DNA from: an uncultured delta proteobacterium
Lineage (GTDB): Bacteria > Desulfobacterota > Binatia > Binatales > Binataceae
Direction: 5' to 3'
DNA: 64,000 nt
Assembly (NCBI GenBank): GCA_963808235.1
Contig: CAWEEQ010000004.1
Coordinates: 1 to 64,000 of the forward strand
Positions 59,329 through 64,000 of this stretch are shown here, piece by piece; the stretch's first letter is position 1; each line of letters starts with the position of its first letter. The notes beneath the pieces are model-generated. The model saw only the letters and a list, made by a program, of their open reading frames with translations. It did no database searches and had not been told where the DNA came from. A program made the position numbers and the translations under genes.

Positions 59329-60567
59329 CTAAAACACCAGCGGCAACGCCTGCAACCCGCGCAAACTCATCGCCGGCCGCCACTTCGGATTCGCATTCGC
59401 CAGCGCCAACTTCGGCATCCGGCGCAAAATCGTCTCGAACGCCACCCGTCCCTCCACGCGCGCGAGCACCTCGCCGATACATCGATGCGGTCCGGCGGCG
59501 AACGACAGATGATGGTTGTCCTTACGCGCGATATCGAGCTTATCGGGATCGACAAACCGCTCCGGATCGCGATTCGCCGCGCCCAGGAACACGACCACAT
59601 GCTCACCCTTCGGAACGGTTTTGCCCGCGACTTCGATATCCTCAGTCGCGGTACGAAACGTCACCTGCACCGGACTGTCGTAGCGCAAAAACTCGTCGAG
59701 CGCGGAGTCAATCAGTGACGGGTCGCTCTTGAGCCGCGCGAGCGATTCCGGATCGCGCAGCAACGCGAGCATCCCGTTGCCGATCATGTTCATCGTGGTT
59801 TCATGCCCCGCCAGCAGCGTGAACATCGCGCTGAACACCAGTTCCTCTTCAGTCGCGAAGTCGCCGCGTTCTTCGGCCGACACCATGATACTGATCAGAT
59901 CCTCCCGCGGATGCTTCCGGCGCTCGGCCGCCAATTCCGAAAAATAGCGCCGGACTGCCGCGACGGCCTGGCGCACTTCGACTCCCGGATCGTTCGCGCT
60001 GATCACCGGATCGAGCGGCACCCCAAGCGTCCGCATCCAGTCGCGGAAAATCGGCTTGTCCTCTTCCGAAGCGCCCATGACCTCGGCGAGCACGTCGATC
60101 GGAAACGGAAACGCAAGGTCCTTGATCATGTCGAGTGTGCCGCTCGCGGTCGACCCGCGCTCCTGCACCTTATCGAGCAAATTGTCGAAAATTCTCTGGA
60201 TCGTAGGCTCGAGCCCGGCACAGACCGCCGGCGAGAAAAACGTATTCATCAATTTCCGCAGCCGCGTATGGTCAGGCGGATTGCGAAACACAATCGCATG
60301 CTGCAGCGCCTCGCGCATCGACTTAAGCCCGTCATCAGGCGGAAACGCATCGAGCGCATTCAGGTCGAACGCCGCAAATCTCTTATCCCGCAAAATCCCA
60401 ACGCAGTTGTCGTACCGGGTAGAAATCCAAAACCCAATCGGCGTCCGCAGGAGCGGGTAATGTACGCGCAAAAACTTGTAGAGCGGATACGGATTAGAAG
60501 AAAACACCCGCCCATAAAGGCGGCTAACAACCCGACTAACCTTGGCAAAAGTCTCCTGCGATGGCAT
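59329..60567 (-). CDS. Cytochrome P450
   Basis: NPPDHTRLR, AGHETT, EFLR, FAAGPHRCIG heme ligand. Confidence 0.95.
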   Translation of the reverse strand: MPSQETFAKVSRVVSRLYGRVFSSNPYPLYKFLRVHYPLLRTPIGFWISTRYDNCVGILRDKRFAAFDLNALDAFPPDDGLKSMREALQHAIVFRNPPDHTRLRKLMNTFFSPAVCAGLEPTIQRIFDNLLDKVQERGSTASGTLDMIKDLAFPFPIDVLAEVMGASEEDKPIFRDWMRTLGVPLDPVISANDPGVEVRQAVAAVRRYFSELAAERRKHPREDLISIMVSAEERGDFATEEELVFSAMFTLLAGHETTMNMIGNGMLALLRDPESLARLKSDPSLIDSALDEFLRYDSPVQVTFRTATEDIEVAGKTVPKGEHVVVFLGAANRDPERFVDPDKLDIARKDNHHLSFAAGPHRCIGEVLARVEGRVAFETILRRMPKLALANANPKWRPAMSLRGLQALPLVF

Positions 60568-60661
60568 CAATAAACCCCGCTGTTAGCGGGCCCGAACGCG
60601 CCCGAAGTATAGACGCTCCCCTCAACTCTCGGCAACGCACCCTGATTTTCTTTCTCCTTCG

Positions 60662-61075
60662 GTGATCCCCCTCTGTCGTCCTGAGCGAAGTCGAAGGACC
60701 TCCGCGAAGCGATGCTCCTTCTTTTCTCCTTCCGTAATCCGCTTTCCGTCATCCCGACCGAAGCGCAAGGAACTTCCGCGAAGCGACAGTTCTTTTCTCT
60801 TTCCGTCATCCCCTCTGTCGTCCTGAGCGAAGTCGAAGGGGGCTTCCCGCGAAGCGATGCTCCTTTTTTTCTTTCCGTCATCTTCCCCTCCGTCATCCCG
60901 ACCGAAGCGGAGGGATCTCCGCGAAGCGACGCTCCTTCCTTTCCTCTCTCCGTCATCCCCACCGAAGTCGAGGGACCGGAGCCTGCCCTGAGTATTCTCG
61001 AAGGGCGAAGCGACGCTCTCTCTTCTATCCACACTCTTTCCTTGTGTCACCCTGAGCGAAGCCGAAGGGCCCCGG
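60662..61075. repeat. Tandem array of about six degenerate GTCATCC(TGAGC/CGACC)GAAG..GAAGG REP-like units with pyrimidine spacers
   Basis: Units of 55-75 bp in the same orientation, most followed by CGCGAAGCGA. Confidence 0.8.
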
Positions 61076-61131
61076 ATCTTTTACAGCGTGCGCCACACCG
61101 ACACCATGCAGATTCACCACCACCGTCCTCG

Positions 61132-61272
61132 ATGTCCGACCTGCCTGAAATCGGCACCCAGGGCGTAGTCGCAGAAGTGCCACGCGGAAAATGCCAACTC
61201 AACGCACGCCAGATCAAAGAAATAGCAGCCCGCTTCCACGTCTCCCCAGCAGCATTCCTGCCCAACCCCTAG
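61132..61272 (+). pseudogene. higA: C-terminal HTH remnant of a HigA-type antitoxin
   Basis: SDLPEIGTQGVVAEV.RGK.QLNARQIKEIAARFHVSPAAF; N-terminal half and toxin absent. Confidence 0.7.
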
Positions 61273-61337
61273 ACACGATAGAATCCGCGCTTGGCAGCGC
61301 GCACCCAGTTTCCACTAATGGGTCAGATTGGGAGTCG

Positions 61338-62297
61338 TCAATGGAGCCTGGCCCAAAGACCGGACAGCCACGTTAGCAGAGAGTCGCGACGGGAGCGCAC
61401 ATCATCGTCCTGCGTAGTACGAGGGAAAGAGCCTGATGGTGGCGACGAGGGAACGGAACTCTGACTTTCTGGAATCGCGGGGTCCGCCTCGATTTTTTCT
61501 TTAACGTCGCTGTGCGCGAGAGGGGGGAAGTTGGGTTCCATCTTCGTTACCACCAAGTTGCCGATGTAGGTCCAGGTATAAACGAACCTGTTGACCTTGG
61601 GCTCGAAGTACGCACGGATTAGCTCCAAGTTTAGGAGGCAAGCCACGGCAGCCGCCGTCCAGCCCCCGCCAGCCCTCACATTTTCGTCGGCATTCCAGAA
61701 ATATGCGTAATTTCTATGGTGTTCTATGAAGTGAAGGGCCTGCGGTGTCAGTCTACTGATCGCATCTTCGACGGCCTCATGCGGGCTTCCCATCACCATG
61801 CGGATCGCCATTTGGAGCTGACCGGACAGATACTCTCTGGCCTTCAGGACGTCTTCAGGGTTCTCGCCTTTCAGCTCGTAGCAGATGGGCCACCGCCGCT
61901 GCCGGATGTCGAAGATCTGTTCCTCCACAGGACCATAGGCGGTATTCATCACGCAGATGATGCGATCCCAACCGATGCTTCGAGCCGCATACCCCAGCTC
62001 TAAAAGCACGTTCGGGTTCGGCAGCAACTTCTTGTCACCATCATGGAGGTCGGCTGCCCCTATAAACGTGAGGTCCGCTATAAAGGCCCCGCTCTCTTGG
62101 ATCTTCCTGAAGATGGTGCCCGCGATTTGGGGTGTCCCCGGCACATCCTTTGTGTCGTGGTCAAGCCGTGGCGAATCTTCGACGCTGGCATCCTTGCCGA
62201 TCCGCTTCACCGCCTCCTTGGCTGCGTCACGGATCAGATACCTGTGCGTATTCTGAGAGCGATCACTCTGCCAAGCGTAGAAGATAGTGAAGTCCAT
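61338..62297 (-). CDS. TIR-like / nucleoside 2-deoxyribosyltransferase-like domain protein
   Basis: IFYAWQSD, IFRKI...FIADLT, PNPNVLLELGYA...GWDRII.VMN...FDIRQRR; lower GC than flanks. Confidence 0.72.
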   Translation of the reverse strand: MDFTIFYAWQSDRSQNTHRYLIRDAAKEAVKRIGKDASVEDSPRLDHDTKDVPGTPQIAGTIFRKIQESGAFIADLTFIGAADLHDGDKKLLPNPNVLLELGYAARSIGWDRIICVMNTAYGPVEEQIFDIRQRRWPICYELKGENPEDVLKAREYLSGQLQMAIRMVMGSPHEAVEDAISRLTPQALHFIEHHRNYAYFWNADENVRAGGGWTAAAVACLLNLELIRAYFEPKVNRFVYTWTYIGNLVVTKMEPNFPPLAHSDVKEKIEADPAIPESQSSVPSSPPSGSFPRTTQDDDVRSRRDSLLTWLSGLWARLH

Positions 62298-62310
62298 GGT
62301 CGGCCATCCA

Positions 62311-62400
62311 TTACTTTTTGGCTTCCCAAGCCTCTAGCACGTTCACGATATCACGAATCTGCCAATGCCGATCGCTGACGCCAGTGACAACGCGGAGTGT
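62311..62400 (-). pseudogene. C-terminal remnant of an IS1-family-like transposase
   Basis: TLRV--VTGVSDRHWQIRDIVNVLEAWE resembles the TLRVTPAMAAGVTDRLW.I.DIV terminus with a 4-codon deletion. Confidence 0.55.
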
Positions 62401-62470
62401 TACGCGTGTGGGTTCGCTGACAGGTCGTGATTGGCACAGCGTCTCGAGTTTCGGGTACTGTTTGGAAACG

Positions 62471-62911
62471 ATGGTTGCGATTACGGTAGCGCTTATCAGT
62501 CTGGGTGGCGTTCTCTTAAGCATCATCGCCAATAGCGTGCTTGCTGCCAGGCGCGAGAAGCGCCGTCACTACACTGATGTTAAAACAGCGTCGAGGCTGA
62601 TTAGCGACGAACTATTCAAGGCTTGCGCCGCCGCGCGTATATGTGTTGAGAAGAAGCATTGGTGGGGCGCCGACATTCGACTGACGACGGACGCATGGCA
62701 GAGGTACGGGAATGTCATCGCTCCCGAATTATCCCACACCGATTGGACGAAGGTGGTAATAGCATTCGAAGCTGTGGACAATCTTCGAGTGATAGGTGGT
62801 GCTCAGCCAGGCACAGACACGATCCTAGACGCAACGGCAGACCAGATCGCTCCTCTCCTTCGGGACATCACCAGGGGCCTCGACGCGCTCGCTCCCTATT
62901 TTCGCGGATGA
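62471..62911 (+). CDS. Hypothetical protein with N-terminal TM helix
   Basis: Hydrophobic VAITVALISLGGVLLSIIANSVL followed by ARREKRR; atypical codon usage. Confidence 0.55.
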   Translation: MVAITVALISLGGVLLSIIANSVLAARREKRRHYTDVKTASRLISDELFKACAAARICVEKKHWWGADIRLTTDAWQRYGNVIAPELSHTDWTKVVIAFEAVDNLRVIGGAQPGTDTILDATADQIAPLLRDITRGLDALAPYFRG

Positions 62912-63150
62912 CGAATGAGGAGTTGCGATCTGAGCTTCACGGAAAGAGAGGAAGATTGCGATTGCCGTGACGTAAAAACGTTTCCAGTCCTATCAAGAAG
63001 GGAAGTTTGAAACCTCGCGAGGTTTCAGGAGGGAACAGCGGCCGAGATTATCGCGGCTACTCCGCCGGATTGCCGCGTTAGTTCAGAGTTGAACACCTTT
63101 CCTCTTTCACACCTTCTAACAGGCGCTCCGCGCCGCATCCTCGCCTGGAA

Positions 63151-63175
63151 CACTGGGTGCAGGGGTCACCCCTGC
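63151..63175. repeat. Solo copy of the element end hairpin CACTGGGT-GCAGGGG-tca-CCCCTGC
   Basis: Matches 57228-57248; variant of 59276-59300. Confidence 0.7.
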
Positions 63176-63430
63176 CCAAGGAAGCCGTGAAAAATGGAAC
63201 CCACGGCGGGTTTCACATTAGATTAAGTTGCCCGCCTCTCTCTTCCCGCGTCCATCCCCCACTCTCCCAACGACTATGAGAAACGCTACTTCATCAGATA
63301 GCCACGAAAGTTCAGGGATGAACTGTTCAGCCTTACGCGATCGCCCGAGCTTCGAGTAAACTAGCGCAGAAGTGAGACTCATGCGCATCCCTCATCACAA
63401 ATTCTCCAATCAAATCCAAGGCACTAGGGC

Positions 63431-64000
63431 ATGACCGTGAAGATCGAAGGTACCTCCGATCCCTGCTTCAAGCGCGTCAAGGAAGTCTTCGCGGACAGCT
63501 TCACAAACGGCATCGAGGTCGGCGCGGCTGTCGCCGCAACCATCGATGGCAAGTCTGTCATCGATTTGTGGGGCGGTCATGCGGACAAGGCGAAGACGCG
63601 GCCATGGACTCGCGACACCTTGGTCAACGTGTACTCGACGACCAAGGGTCTCGCCGCTATCTGCGCGCATCGCCTGGTCGATCAAGGGATGCTCGATCTC
63701 GACGCGCCGGTCGCGAAGTACTGGCCCGAGTTCGCGCAGGCCGGCAAGGAAAAGATCCCGGTAAATTATCTGCTCAGTCATCGCGCGGGATTACCTGCGG
63801 TGCGAAAGCAACTCCCGATGGACGCGTACTTCAACTGGTCCGCGATGTGCTCCGCGATCGCTGCGCAAGAACCGTGGTGGGAGCCGGGCACCAGGCACGG
63901 CTATCACGCGATCACTTTCGGATATTTGATCGGCGAAGTGATTCGCCGCATCACCGGCAAAACTATCGGCGCCTATCTGCGCGACGAGATCGCCCGCCCG
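63431..64000 (+). CDS. Beta-lactamase-fold serine hydrolase, paralog of 55893-57059 (3' partial)
   Basis: Manual translation MTVKIEG...LVNVYSTTKG...LLSHRAGLPAVRK...WEPGTRHGYH. Confidence 0.92.
   Translation, partial: MTVKIEGTSDPCFKRVKEVFADSFTNGIEVGAAVAATIDGKSVIDLWGGHADKAKTRPWTRDTLVNVYSTTKGLAAICAHRLVDQGMLDLDAPVAKYWPEFAQAGKEKIPVNYLLSHRAGLPAVRKQLPMDAYFNWSAMCSAIAAQEPWWEPGTRHGYHAITFGYLIGEVIRRITGKTIGAYLRDEIARP

Noticed and set aside
60662-61075. Possible CRISPR array
   Set aside because: Repeats are degenerate, spacers are similar low-complexity pyrimidine tracts, and there are no cas genes.
60567-61272. ORFs 60567-61034, 60622-61050 and most of 60712-61272
   Set aside because: Translations of the repeat array; only the last ~46 codons resemble a real protein (HigA).
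1-64000. Programmed frameshifting as a common cause of the broken genes
   Set aside because: No slippery heptamers at the sites; scattered indels fit long-read consensus errors better.
1-64000. tRNA, rRNA or tmRNA genes
   Set aside because: No cloverleaf or rRNA-like sequence recognised in the intergenic regions by eye.

Overview
High-GC bacterial chromosomal window. The gene content (many amidohydrolases, CoA-transferases, SDRs, P450, dapL-folK-fsa) suggests a soil Deltaproteobacteria-like lineage such as Ca. Binatota; this is inference only. Core genes are gltA, ispG, dapL, folK, fsa and dapB. The largest unit is a 12-kb respiratory operon: alternative complex III (actA-B-C-D-F, no actE, ActB keeping an N-terminal FS0-type Cys motif), a caa3-type oxidase with fused subunits I/III, ctaG, and an uncharacterised internally duplicated His/Glu membrane protein. 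That operon and a TetR-controlled SDR/F420-nitroreductase cluster lie between dapB and dapL. Other notable loci are a Big_5/Thr-rich/DUF3494 ice-binding-like surface protein and an Ltp2-like thiolase-fold/DUF35/PHP/MaoC operon. The 57-63.4 kb accessory zone lies between two paralogous serine hydrolases and holds REPIN/MITE-like elements around a sulfatase, a P450, a REP array, a HigA remnant and a TIR/NDT-like gene in a decayed IS1-family element. Several frameshifts (about 2045, 9480-9540, 28600-29530, 34605) may be assembly indel errors. No rRNA, tRNA or CRISPR array was seen. All family calls come from motif recognition, not database searches.
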